A stretch of 64,000 nt of DNA from Epiperipatus broadwayi. Lineage: Eukaryota > Animalia > Onychophora. Positions within the stretch are counted from its first letter, which is position 1. Every line of letters begins with the position of its first letter. Made by a program: the position numbers and the translations under genes. Below the pieces are notes generated by a model. It searched no databases and was not told the DNA's origin. It saw only the letters and a list, made by a program, of their open reading frames with translations. Location of the stretch: positions 5,332,001 through 5,396,000 of the forward strand of contig JAQFVV010000005.1 of the NCBI GenBank assembly GCA_028023455.1. The letters run 5' to 3'. Below are positions 12,207-23,929 of this stretch, piece after piece.

Positions 12207-12254
12207 GCACAATGTTTTGAGAGGTATTTTTCTCCCCTCTTCTTCAGGTGTTGC
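12207..12254 (-). ncRNA. Type I hammerhead motif, family 2, left arm
   Basis: caacac CTGAAGA A GAGG GGAGAAAAATA CCTC TC AAAAC ATT gtg. 5' core intact; 3' core shows CpG-type decay. Confidence 0.6.
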
Positions 12255-12414
12255 TGGCCTGACCAGTGACAGCACTAGCATGGGATTTGAACCTGGCTCT
12301 TTAGATTCTTGATTATTGAAATTTTAAGGTTAGAGTGTTACCTTAAAATTCAATAATCGCAAATCTAAGGACCCAGGTTCGAATCCCATGCTAGTACTGT
12401 CACTGGTCAGGCCA

Positions 12415-12461
12415 GCAACACCCAAAGAAGAGGGGAGAAAAATACCCTTGAAACGTTGTGC
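12415..12461 (+). ncRNA. Type I hammerhead motif, family 2, right arm
   Basis: caacac CCAAAGA A GAGGG GAGAAAAATA CCCTT GAAAC GTT gtg. 3' core intact; 5' core has 2 changes. Confidence 0.6.
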
Positions 12462-12608
12462 ATATACTAACCTGTTTGCTGTGATATTACTAACAGTTAG
12501 TGCATATACTAACCTGTTTGCTGTGATATTACTAACAGTTGTTTGCTGTGATATTACTAACAGTTGGTGCATATACTAACCTGTTTGTTGTGTTATTACT
12601 AACAGTTG
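12459..12608 (+). repeat. ~42-bp tandem units forming the 3' tail of the family-2 element
   Basis: tgcatatactaacctgtttgctgtgatattactaacagtt(a/g)g x3 plus a half unit. Two inverted units lie in the left arm. Confidence 0.9.
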
Positions 12609-12773
12609 GAATGCATTTGAATATTTAAATAAAATTAAACTTTTCTAAAGACATTCAACACAATATAAAAATACAGCAATGACTACATCTTCTCTTAAAT
12701 TGAAAATATACCAAATAATTTATCCATTTGAAAATACCGCCAATTTATAATAACAATTTAGATTAATTAAGCA

Positions 12774-12968
12774 GCTGAAGTGAAGTTTTTTTCTTTTCAG
12801 TTAAAGTAATAAAATAAGGCTAAGCATTTTCGAGAGTTACCAATACTCTCATATTCATAGCTGGGGTAAAGTAATAAAATAAACTTGATTGCTTTACTAT
12901 TGTAACTCTCAAAGTGCTCAGCCTTATTTTATTACTTTAACTGAAAAGAAAAAAAACTTATCTTCAAC
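12774..12968. mobile_element. Short fold-back with a family-5 hammerhead-like motif at its inner end
   Basis: Arms ~12774-12843 and ~12897-12968. Minus 12818-12861 reads GCT ATGAATA T GAGAGT ATTGGTA ACTCTC GAAA ATG CTT AGCC. The right arm restarts in the helix II loop (..actctc aaagtgctc agcc). Confidence 0.65.
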
Positions 12969-13048
12969 TTCTTATTAGTGCATAATTTAATCTATTACTT
13001 TCATTGAAGCAAAGTATACACCTCATATCTTTAATCATTACTTTAGTG

Positions 13049-13230
13049 CAAGAATGGGCAAACTTTTGTCTGCTAAGAGTCATTTGGATATTTATAATAT
13101 CATTTGCAGCCATACAAAATTATCAATTTAAAAATTGGCCTGCTATATTTGATCAAACATTTAATTAATTGACCCCTAATCATTAGGAGTGGGCAATCTT
13201 TCCAACTGGAAGCACCAATTTCAAATTGCC
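13049..13230. mobile_element. hAT-like terminal fragments
   Basis: caagaatgggcaaactttt (13049), ttgacccct (~13170) and aggagtgggcaatcttt (~13186) resemble the TIR at 7814. No TSD found. Confidence 0.35.
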
Positions 13231-16200
13231 CTTTTTAAATGAGAACCATAATTTTTTTGTGAATTAAAAATAAAGTAACATCATTATTATTAATAATTGT
13301 TGCATGTTTAATGACAAATTTTTCCAATTCGCCTTGTAACTAACTATTCTTCATGACACATATATATTCTTTAATTCCTTTTATGGTTCGGGACATATTA
13401 ATTCTGCAGCAGCTAGGACCCAGTCATTTATAAACTGCCCTTTAGAAAATGATTTTGAAGTTTCTGGGTTATTTTTTAAATGTAATTTGTCTTCATGGAA
13501 TTTTCTGACTTGTTTGGGACTTTTTATGAGACATGCCACCTACTTGGTGAAGCCCCATTTCAAGTTTCTATTTTAATATTTTTTATTAACTGAAATACTT
13601 TCCAGATATATCAGGCATGTCAATTTACTAATTTTCTATATGTAAAAAAAGCACTGATCCATTTCTGTTGAAATACACAATTTTCCCTGTCATTTTTTTT
13701 CCATTTTACTCAGTATAACCATCATAATAAAAAAAGGCAAAATAATAATAATAGAACAAAGTAAAATTCTAATTTTATTTTTGTGAATGTACAGTTAATA
13801 TGTGAAAATCATTATAAAAACAAACAAAATGTCCTCGGTGTTATAGATTATATATGTGGTCAGATAGTTGGAATATTGCACCTCTGATAGAATGAACTAG
13901 AACTTATAAAGATTGAATAGTTGAAAAAATAAATATTTTATTGTACTTAACTATTAATTCAACATTTAAACTATGTGTGTTTAAATAGAAATTTTAAACA
14001 GGACCATTTTGTATTGACATTTCAGTGTCATTCATGTGATTTGCCACATGGGTGAGAGATTTAAACAAAATTTACAGTCAGGCAATTAAAGTGTTATGTG
14101 AATTAATCATTCAAGAAAAGAAAAAACACTAGAATAGGCCATTAAAAAAGAAATAAAACTATAAAAAATCAATTTTTCTTATTACATTCACTCTTGATTC
14201 TCATTTTATTAGAATGATATCAGACCTTAGTAGTATGCTTAGTGAGTAAAAAGATAAAAAAAACCACCATCTGTTAATCTAGCCTGGACATCTGAAAAAC
14301 TTGACAAGATACTTCTAATAAATCTGGTTAAAAATGAAGAAATAATGCTTATTTCAAATTGTAGAGTTGGAAATTGTTAAAGTATATTATGGTCACTTAA
14401 TGAGCTGTCAAATATTTGCCATCAGGAAAAAATAAACAATGGTTATCACACTTTCTAAGTCATGTTTAAAAGGAACTATTTATATTTTATTCTGTTTTAA
14501 GTTGTATTTTATTCTGATACACTATATCCTAATTTATAAATTGTTTAAAGTAGAGAAGCAAAAGTTAAAAAAAAAAAAAAAACAGAAAGAAAAAAAGTTT
14601 AATTAAAGTTAATTGCATTTTAATGCAGTTGAAGTTAAAAAAAAAAAAAAGATTTATTATGTATGTTATATTAACTTTGTAAAGAACTCTTTCTTTTAAT
14701 TCATGTTAATCAAATGTTATTTTGTAAAAATTATCACTTTAAAAATAAATAAATTATGATAATAATGGAAGATAGAATATTAGTTTTACATGTAATTTAT
14801 CTGTGCATAAATCATCTACATGCTAAACAATTAAAGTAAATAATTATTAATAGCTTTAAGTTAATGATTTAATTGAATCTATTGGTTCATTTGTCTGTAG
14901 CCAACCCTGCATTTGATCACTGAGAATTTGATTTTGTATAGGTGAACTTATTGTATATATATGCAGTTGTTTGTTCACTGTCAAATAATTTAAATATATC
15001 CATATTCATATAGGAGGATACATGTCTATTTTGTTTTAATAAATTAGAGATTGGACTTGAAATGAGCCAACTTTGTAAGAGTTATAGCTTTATTAAATTG
15101 GGATTAGGCCAAAAAATGGCCAGTCCTTATAGTTATTGTTGTAGAAAGGTGTAGCAGTTGCATATCCCATATTCAATATATGCATACAACTACACTAGAA
15201 AACATATGAGTCGGATAAATGTCTTATATATTCACCCATACACAGAATTATATTTTAAGTTTATTGAAGTCCAGGTTCACTGTATGGCAAATGTACTCAA
15301 TTATTTATAACTATATTAATATTATAATGTAATTAAAGATTAAGATTAAGCTTAGCAAAAAAAATCTTGGACATTTTATAAGTAATTTTTTTTGTTTTCC
15401 TGCATGCATATAAAATAAAGCAATAGAATATGTAAGAGATTAGAGAAAAAGGATTTGTTAAAAGTAAGTTATATGTAAATTGATAATTATGTTTTGTAAT
15501 TAAACTATTGTTAAATGTTGTGATAGCCTCTTTAAATGTAATATTGTATGGTCTACATTCATTCAACAAGAGTGATTGTTCTTTATGATCTAGTATTGCA
15601 AATAGGGGCTACATGTAGTGGTCATCATTATTTTATCAAATAAAATATCATTAAAAACATATGTGCCAGTCTATCTCCTGAAATTTAAAGTCAGATTGCA
15701 TCTGTATAAATTATATATATATTTTAAAAATGTAAATCATTGAAACATGCTTAGTCTGACCATTATAATATACATTTTTGAAAATGTTTCAGGGGCTGTA
15801 GAACTGGAGGATTCCCACTCATAAGAAGGATATAGATATTAGATTTTACTACTTAATAGTTAAGTAAATAGAAATAATTATATACTATAAATACAGACAC
15901 ATAAAGTTATACTAAGAAGTGAGAGATTTATAATACAGAATAAAATGCATAATTTCAATAGCATATTCTACTGTCAACGAATGTTTATATTACTTTTTAT
16001 TTAATCTTTCATTTATCTTTTTTGCAAAAAAAAAATAAAATTTCAATATTAAATATTTCATTCACTTGTGATAAAATTAACAACCTTACAAAATATTGAT
16101 CTTCAAATTTTTTATCCACTTTATAAAAAAAACAAAACATAAAATATTTGAAAAATGTATATGCTATATCAATGAGATAAATGTTAACCTTTTATATGCC

Positions 16201-16287
16201 TAACTTCAATATATATATAAACATAACAATAAATGCTTCAGAACGATTTAATGTAATAATATTATGATTCCAGATATATGTTCTTTT

Positions 16288-16731
16288 AATCTACAGAAGT
16301 ACTTTCAGTCATTCCTTAATCCTCCTCAACTGCCACTAAATTCAAAAAACAATGGAAGCAAACATCATTAACTCAAATCCCATGAATCCCGAATTTTAAT
16401 GTTAGAAACTTGTTTATTAATTATATTCATTTTATTTCTACTTATTAAAATTGTCTCCTTGATTTTTCTTGGATCATGAAAGAACATGTAAATATAAATT
16501 TAAGTTTGACATTGAAAGTGTTAAGATTCTTCATGAAAAGAGAAAGAAAAATTAAGGAGGCAATTTTAATAAATAGAAATAAAATGAATATAATTAATAG
16601 ACAAGCAGCTAACATTAAAATTCATGATTCATGGGATTTGAGTTGATGATGTTTGCTTCTGTTAATGTTTTTTTTTAATTTAGCGGTAGTTAAGGAGGGT
16701 TAAGGAATTAACCAAAGTACTTTTGAGGATT
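16288..16731. repeat. ~444-bp diverged palindrome (fold-back element)
   Basis: The left half 16288-~16490 is the reverse complement of ~16525-16731 along its whole length, e.g. ttattaaaattgtctccttg / aaggaggcaattttaataa. Confidence 0.85.
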
Positions 16732-17580
16732 GAAAAACTGTCTATAATAGTTAATTACCATTAGATTTATTATTTTTATTGTTATTATAATTAATATCTA
16801 TACCTTTACAGTCAGATTGTCCAACAACAATATGTATCCAAACTTTCACAGTTTTATTTTACAGGAACATCTCATATATTTCATATAAGAAATGCTTCAA
16901 TACATCATGTTAAGAAAGTGACAAGTAATGGCAAATTATCACCAACAATGATCAAGTTTTATCATTGTCATAATAGTTTCAGGAGAGAACATACCTTAAA
17001 TATATTTTAAGTGAAAAATATTTAAATTGTTCACTGGTGGTTACAATACATTTTCTTCAATATTTCATAATAGGTCAACATATACTTACTAAAGTTATAT
17101 GTATATGCAATGATGACCTATTAATACTTTAGTTTCATGTGCCATAGATTAGTTAAGCTACCTATCATGTTTATGGCTTGGAAATTTAGATCAGATGAAA
17201 GTTAGACTTTTTTTTTCAGGTCAGATTTATTCAATTAGCAAACCTGTGGCTAGTCATTGGTCATTAATCATTAAATTGCCAACTGTTTTTAGTTGGAAAA
17301 AAAAATCTAAATTAATACAGATTGATCTAATAGAATGTAAATGCACTGATAGCAAAACTGTGTAAGCTGTGGTTAATTAATTTTTTAATTTTAAAAACAA
17401 AATAAGTAAACTAAAATTATCATTGCTGATGAAAGAAATGTCATTCCTATGTCACTAAGACCAGGATTTATTTCTAACTTTTAATCTATTAACATCCATG
17501 ATTTAAAGATATACACAGTATTCTCTACATTATGTCAAAGATAAAAAACTTGATGATGTAAATAAATAAATAATTATAAG

Positions 17581-17628
17581 GCTAGTTGTATAGAAGGTCA
17601 TATTGTATTCAAGTATGTAAATGGCAAG
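17581..17628 (+). other. Candidate 48-nt phase-0 exon (ASCIEGHIVFKYVNGK)
   Basis: Perfect donor AAG|GTGAGT and an open frame. The acceptor ataag| is A-rich and weak. Confidence 0.3.
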
Positions 17629-18480
17629 GTGAGTACAACAGATTCATTTAAATGACCAAGCTGAGATTATTATTTTTATTTTACTCAACTGGAAATCAAT
17701 TAAGAAACCTTTAGCTCTTGAATTCATGACTCGACTAAACTGCAAAGAACAAGATCTAATGGTGTTAAAGCAGATTATCATGGATTACACCCCTTTTTAT
17801 TTTATTTTTTCTTTTAAAGCTGTTTTAATCAATTTTATCATGGGTATTCATTTACATAAAGACCATATAAAAATGTTAAATTGTATTCTATGTAAAAGTA
17901 ACATTGTTGTCATCATTGTTATTATTATTATTATACTGATCAACTGTCATAATCAGTAAATAATTAAAAGACTAAAATTTCACATTATCAAAATTATTCT
18001 TTCAATTATAATGAAGTTCAGCCACATAGAGAAGTTGCAAAAGTAGGGGTTAACTCAAATTTTAATTTTAGGATTTCTGTTCCAATCACACTCTGAATAT
18101 TACACAAGTTTAAAAGCAACCAATTACATTTTCTGATGAAATCAATAATCTGGTGGATTGACATAAAAAGCATAAGTAGATGCCAAGATATTTCTTTTGA
18201 AATATTATTAATGAAAATAAATTGTCCTTACTTTTCCTCTTTCCCTTAAAAATGTGTATGTCAATATGAATGCAAATTTAATAAGTGGAAATATTTAATA
18301 ATAATTTGAAGATTAAATATAAGACAAACATTTATTTATGCTCAGTTTTAAGTTTCATCACTGATTTCAGGTTTAAAAAATACATCTTAATGAGTTTATG
18401 AAAGAAAGCATTTAACCACCTCTATTAGTTCATTATTTTTAAGTCAGATTCTGAATTATGTGCTAAGATAATATAAAACT

Positions 18481-18525
18481 CACAGGACCAGTTTCAGGGA
18501 AACCACCTTCATCAGCTAACTGTGC
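18481..18525 (-). ncRNA. Type I hammerhead ribozyme motif, family 4, core intact
   Basis: Minus strand: cacag ttag CTGATGA AGG TGGTTTC CCT GAAA C TG GTC CTGTG. Predicted cleavage after position 18486. Confidence 0.8.
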
Positions 18526-18884
18526 AAGTTTCAACATCACTTATTACAATCAGAAATGAATTGAATCTTATTCATATTAAGTAGATTTTTACTTTTTTAT
18601 GTCAAGTGCGAAACATATACAAACATTAAATGTGATACTTTTTATAACTAACAAACACATGTGTAATTATATTCTGAATAAACAAAAATTGATTGAAACT
18701 TATAAATTAGCCATCTCATTAAAATAAAAGAATAGATTGTGTCAAGAGAGTGACAAAAAATAACAAACTCCCATTGATAATGATCAAATAGATTTATTGT
18801 TTGATTAAACCATATCCAACTTCTCTAATTATTGAATCTACTTTGGGAAGAAAACTTTATACAAACAAATTCATAAAGCTTGTT

Positions 18885-18930
18885 AAAAAAACAGGTTTCT
18901 GCCCAATATCTAAACTTCATCAGCTTGGGT
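18885..18930 (-). ncRNA. Decayed type I hammerhead motif
   Basis: Minus strand: ccaag CTGATGA A GTTT AGATATT GGGC A GAAA C CT GTT tttt. Helix II holds only through G-U pairs (consistent with GCCC/GGGC after C>T decay). Confidence 0.5.
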
Positions 18931-21900
18931 TTCATTTATACCATCTAAAAATCCAATGTTATTTAAAATACAAACCAATTTATATGTAGCCACTAACTTC
19001 AAATGTTATAATAGTATATATTAAATTATCTTTCCAAAGGCAGATGGTAATAACTGGCTAATAGGATCCTATGCTTAAGTATCAACAGTTAATCAATAAC
19101 AGTAGTAGTTTGCCATTGGTTCACACCTTTTAATACAATTTATTTTAGCAACTCAATATTAGAATTATATCATAAATTTTAATAAACTTTTTATATCATT
19201 AAGATAGTGTAAAACAATTGATAATATTTTTATATAATTTTCCAATATGAAAAAATCACTGTTACATTATATTTTTGAATTACTATTGCAGAATATCATT
19301 CAACTCATCTTAATTACTAAAACAATCTTTAAATTATTGTATATATGTTTAAAAAGCTTAATTATTATCAAATTATTAAATACATTTTTGAATAACTCTC
19401 TTACATAATTATTTGAAAATAAAAAAACTAATAGTTAAAAAAAATATCCAAAAAGTATATAAGTTTAGTAACAAAAGTAAATATATATAAAAAATATAAT
19501 TTTAAAAGTTATTAACAACAATTAAAGGGGGGAAAAACAAACATTGAAAAGCGCCAAGTGATTACTACTAATAAAGGATGTAAATTTCCTATAGAAATTC
19601 CCTTAGGAAATCCAGAAAATTTTACCGACTAGATTTTCCACAAGAAATTTCTGTAGGATGCTGAAATATATATATAAAAATAGAGAAAAATTACGAGACA
19701 GGTAACATTAATAAAAATAACAGACACAATATATATATATACTCATACAAGCACAAAGTCAGATGAAATGGGTGATAATAAGGCGTTGAGTTTCGCTGAA
19801 CTATGTATAAATACAAATAATAATCTATCATATGAGCAAATGGCAGATTTTATACCTATCCATATGTTTAAAGATAGATAGACACTTTACCTTAGAATTG
19901 CTTAGAAGTTCAAATGAAATTCAAACATGAGACTGGCCACCATCACCCTATCCTATTCACGTGAGCAAACATATTATTTATTTTACTATCTTAAGCACGA
20001 ATTAATTTGGAAACATTTAACTCTTTAATCACCATTCTCATGAATGAGCTGCCCATGTGATGGATTGAATACAGTACTGGTGTTTCTGCTCTCAAACTTT
20101 TTATGAACTACTGAGCAATAAAATCATTTGATAATGTTTATCAATGTGTTAAAACTCAAGAGCAACTCATATCTCTGTCATGATAAATATGAAATATTGT
20201 CAACTTTCGAATTAACCCTTTTATGGGTGGGTAGATATATTTTTGGGATCAAGAATTTGTGTATTATTATATAAAGTTCCACAAATATATTTAATAAAAT
20301 AAGTTAGAAATATTTATTAGCAACTTTTTTAAACTAAAAGACTAAACAAAACTGAATGTTTTAAGTAATGTTATTAATGATAATGTAACTTCCGGTAAAA
20401 TGTTTTGACTAGTTTCATCAAAGAATGACAACTAACAACATATGCAGCCAATGCAAGCCAGAGTAAATAATTGTATAGTTGTAGCTTTAGAATAGAAAGT
20501 CTCTTGACTATATTATTTTACAGAATATGTTGTAAAACACAAAATGCACCTAATAAGCAGAACATTTTAAAACTTATTTAAAGACATAATTGTTTACAAA
20601 AATCTGTTCCTATTAAAATCTGTTCTTCCTCATAAAAATATATATTATTAAGAAACTGCAAGTAGAATTTTGGGGGAAGATTCTACAAAAAGAGATTTTT
20701 TCCCCCCATCACTGTATACATAGAAAAATTACATAGGCGATAACATGCACACACACTGCAGAATTTTTATAATAGTGACCACTATTATAAAAATATATAA
20801 TGTATAAGTCAACAAAAAGGAATCATTACAGTGTAAAGTAAACAATTAGGCAAAAAAAAATACATTTGTAAAAATTATAATATAGAAAGGTCTCCAGATA
20901 CATGTCATATCCGAAACTTTATGATACTTAAAATATTTAAATAGGAACAAATAATATGTTTTAAACATATATGCAATGTTTTAACATATTATTTTAATGC
21001 TTATACACATTAATACATTAAGTAAAAAAATTAACTACAAACAGAATAATATACAGTATGCATTTTAAAGACAAGTGTATATAGCAGATACTTTTAATAA
21101 TATATACATACCTTTGATACAAAGTATTTTAGATATTATGTGTAAATATTAAAATATCATCAAAAATAAAACATCCTGTTTCTTCATTTTACTTGTGGCA
21201 AAAACTGATGGTGATGAAATACAAAACAATAATTTCTAGGTGATTTTAAAATGCTTGTCTGTAATTATGAAGATATCCGCGCGCCATTTTCATGTGATGT
21301 GATATAGCAACTGCAGCAGTAAGCATTTGCAATGTGAATTAAAAAATTAAATTTTAAAAAATTAAACTATCATTTTTTGGTAATTTATATATTTTTAATT
21401 TAATAACATTTTTAAATTGTAAATAAATGAATCAACAGACTTTGAAACTGTGGATATGAGAGACAGGGATGTATGATCAATGATATTATTGATATTCTTA
21501 TTTGTATAAAATATTTAAGCCATTTAATTCTTTAAAAGATCACTGTTGGGACAGAGAAATTTGAGAAAGGGGTTAACAAGAAGGTTTTTTTTCTTCTAAA
21601 ATTAAACAGTATTTCATACACATATATAATAAAATTTTTATTGGCTGTTCAAAAATAAAAAATCACTTTACTAAATAAAAAAAATATCTAAGAAAAAAAA
21701 ATGATAAGCATTTATAAATATATAACTACGCGTTAATATTAAGTGCAACTAAAAACTGTATATTGTAAATAAATAGCTGGAAAAAAACAACAACGAAGAA
21801 ATAAAATTAAACTTTCCATATACATATTATACAAACATATTAACACTGATAGCATTTTCTAAAATTGAGATTTTGCTATAACCAGTCTGACTGGTACTTT

Positions 21901-22386
21901 TTTTCTATGGATAACAAGACAATATGATACTTTGACCAAAAAATAATTTAATTGTAGATAGTTTAGTTACTGTTTACTATGGAGTATTTATCTACATTCA
22001 AAGCGTTAATGATCTTTTTGCATCACTAAGATATATAACATGAAAGTATTCAGTTATTTAAATTATAGATATTGTATATTAAACAACCTCCATACTTCTG
22101 ATATATTAATCTTTAACTGAGGTTTAAAGTTTATATCTGTGCTAGAGATAATCTTTAGTTTAGAAAATGATTAATAATCATCATTATAGTATTTATCTGA
22201 GGTGGATGGTATCAAAGTTGTGAGTGGAGTGAGTTTGACAATGGTAAATAAAAATGTAACAAATTATTTAAATTAATAACGAAAAAAAAATTGTTTAATG
22301 TATGAACAGTAAATGCATAAGTAGTAAAAAAAAAAATCAGCTATAACAGTGGGGTTTTTTTTAAAAAAAAAATATCGTCATGCAAA

Positions 22387-23141
22387 TCTATGTAAATAAA
22401 AATGTAAATGTTCGTTTGTTCAGAATCTTAAATCTCCAAAAGTTCTTCACCGATTGCTTTGAAATTTTGACTCAACGTTGTGTTCGAATACGTGCATGTT
22501 TTTACCTACTACCTATTATTATATAGATGTCACACCTGTGACCGGTAAAAACATGATTTTTTTGAAAAACAGCGCTATCTGTTGGATGTAAAAGCAACAC
22601 ATGCTATACTAAATATTTTATGATTCCATTTCAAGGTTCCCGATTGCATTGTTAAATTGAATTTTCATAGATTTCAATTTATTTTCATGTTGATTTAATT
22701 ATTTCATGTGAGAGATTGCAATTCCCAATTCGATTGGCGTTTGCAATCACCATCAACAAAGCTCAGGGACAATCTTTAGAATTGTGCGGTTTAGATCTAG
22801 ACACGAATTGCTTCTCACGTGGACAATTAGATGTTGCATGTTCTAGAGTCTGCAAACCAGACAATCTCTATATCTGCACAGACAGTCAGTGCCATTCTTT
22901 AGAATTGTGCACTTTAGATCTAGATATAGATTGCTTCTCGCATGGACTATTATATGTTGCATGTTCTAGAGTCAGCAAACCAGACAATCTCTTATATTTG
23001 CACAGACAATGGAACAACAAAAAATACTGTATACCCACAAACACTGTGAAATTAAACATATTAGAAACATGCACTTTCTCTTTTCTTTCTTTTCCATTTA
23101 ACCAGACTGTGCCACAGCAATGCATGGTGGAGTACGGCTAG
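22387..23141 (+). mobile_element. Non-autonomous Helitron with both ends
   Basis: 5' A|TCTATGTAAATAAAAATGTAAATGTTCGTTTG. 3' gcca-cagcaatgca-tggt hairpin followed by CTAG|T. Inserted in an AT dinucleotide; internal helicase remnant. Confidence 0.9.
22716..23010 (+). pseudogene. PIF1-family (Helitron RepHel) helicase C-terminal fragment, internally duplicated
   Basis: [24 protein letters not shown]...CFS.GQL.VACSRV. The ~122-bp segment is repeated at 22770 and 22893. Confidence 0.9.
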
Positions 23142-23375
23142 TATTATATAAATTTAAGTTATGCATTTATCTTCTAAAACGTTTTTGAGAAGTAATATCA
23201 TATAGATATTTAACTTTAGTAAGAGATGTAAATAGAATCTTTTATAAAGGTTGATATATATATATGTGCTTTGTGCACAGATAATGAAACTATTTAAAAT
23301 TAAATGTTGCTGCCAAGCACACTTTCAGGATATTTTATAGTCCCATATTCATGGCTACTGGAATTTATTTGAAAA

Positions 23376-23929
23376 CTATAATGGTGTTAATGCAAATTTG
23401 TGTGAAGATGCTACATAGACCATTTTCGAAAGAGAGAAAAGCAGGCCTCTCTTCTATTGATTGCAGTAGGGTCACCCACTATGTAGTAAGCCTCCCTGAC
23501 TTTGCATTTAATGTCATTTCTTTCAGAGCAGATAACACTGGCTGTGGTGGGTAGGAAGGCATGGCCAGTGGCTCTCTCATGCTCAACAAAAATTGAATTG
23601 CCTTCAAGCTTAGTTTTGGTCCTGTTGTAGAGTTATCTATGTTGAGCTACTCTGGTTGCAATGTTGGTTTCAGTTTCTCCATAATATGTTGCCACACAGT
23701 TTCTTTAGGACAGGTGATTTTGTAAACAACTTGAGGTGTGAGTTCAGGTTTAATCCTGTCTTTGGTGTTATTGACGAGTCTATTGGTGTTAGGAGGTGAG
23801 TGGAAAGTGACTGCAAAGTCACATGATAATTTGTTAATAAGACTTTTGGTTGTTGACTGGATGTATGGAATTAGGATTCTTGGTTCGTTTTCTATCTTAT
23901 CATTATGGTTTATTTTGTAAAAGAATTTA
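23376..23929 (-). pseudogene. Penelope-like GIY-YIG endonuclease domain
   Basis: Manual translation across one frameshift (~23700) and one stop gives the VY..Y.GET..R..H..E..I/N pattern. Confidence 0.85.

Larger units (their letters stand above)
12000..12676. mobile_element. Fold-back (head-to-head) insertion of a tRNA-B-box/HHR element, flanked by a 15-bp direct repeat
   Basis: Arms 12033-12330 and 12340-12677 are reverse complements with a 9-nt loop. caatgactacatctt occurs at 11985-11999 and 12677-12691. GGTTCGAATCC at 12376-12386. Confidence 0.85.

Noticed and set aside
12459-12608. CRISPR-like array of ~42-bp units
   Set aside because: Units are contiguous with no unique spacers, there are no cas genes, and the context is eukaryotic.
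17420-17450. CTGATGA-AA-GAAATGTC as a minimal HHR
   Set aside because: No helix II and no stem I complementarity.
19588-19657. Short inverted repeat cctatagaaatt/aatttctgtagg (also small hairpins at 5599-5628 and 20671-20707)
   Set aside because: Too short and AT-rich to distinguish from chance; no TSD or ribozyme core.
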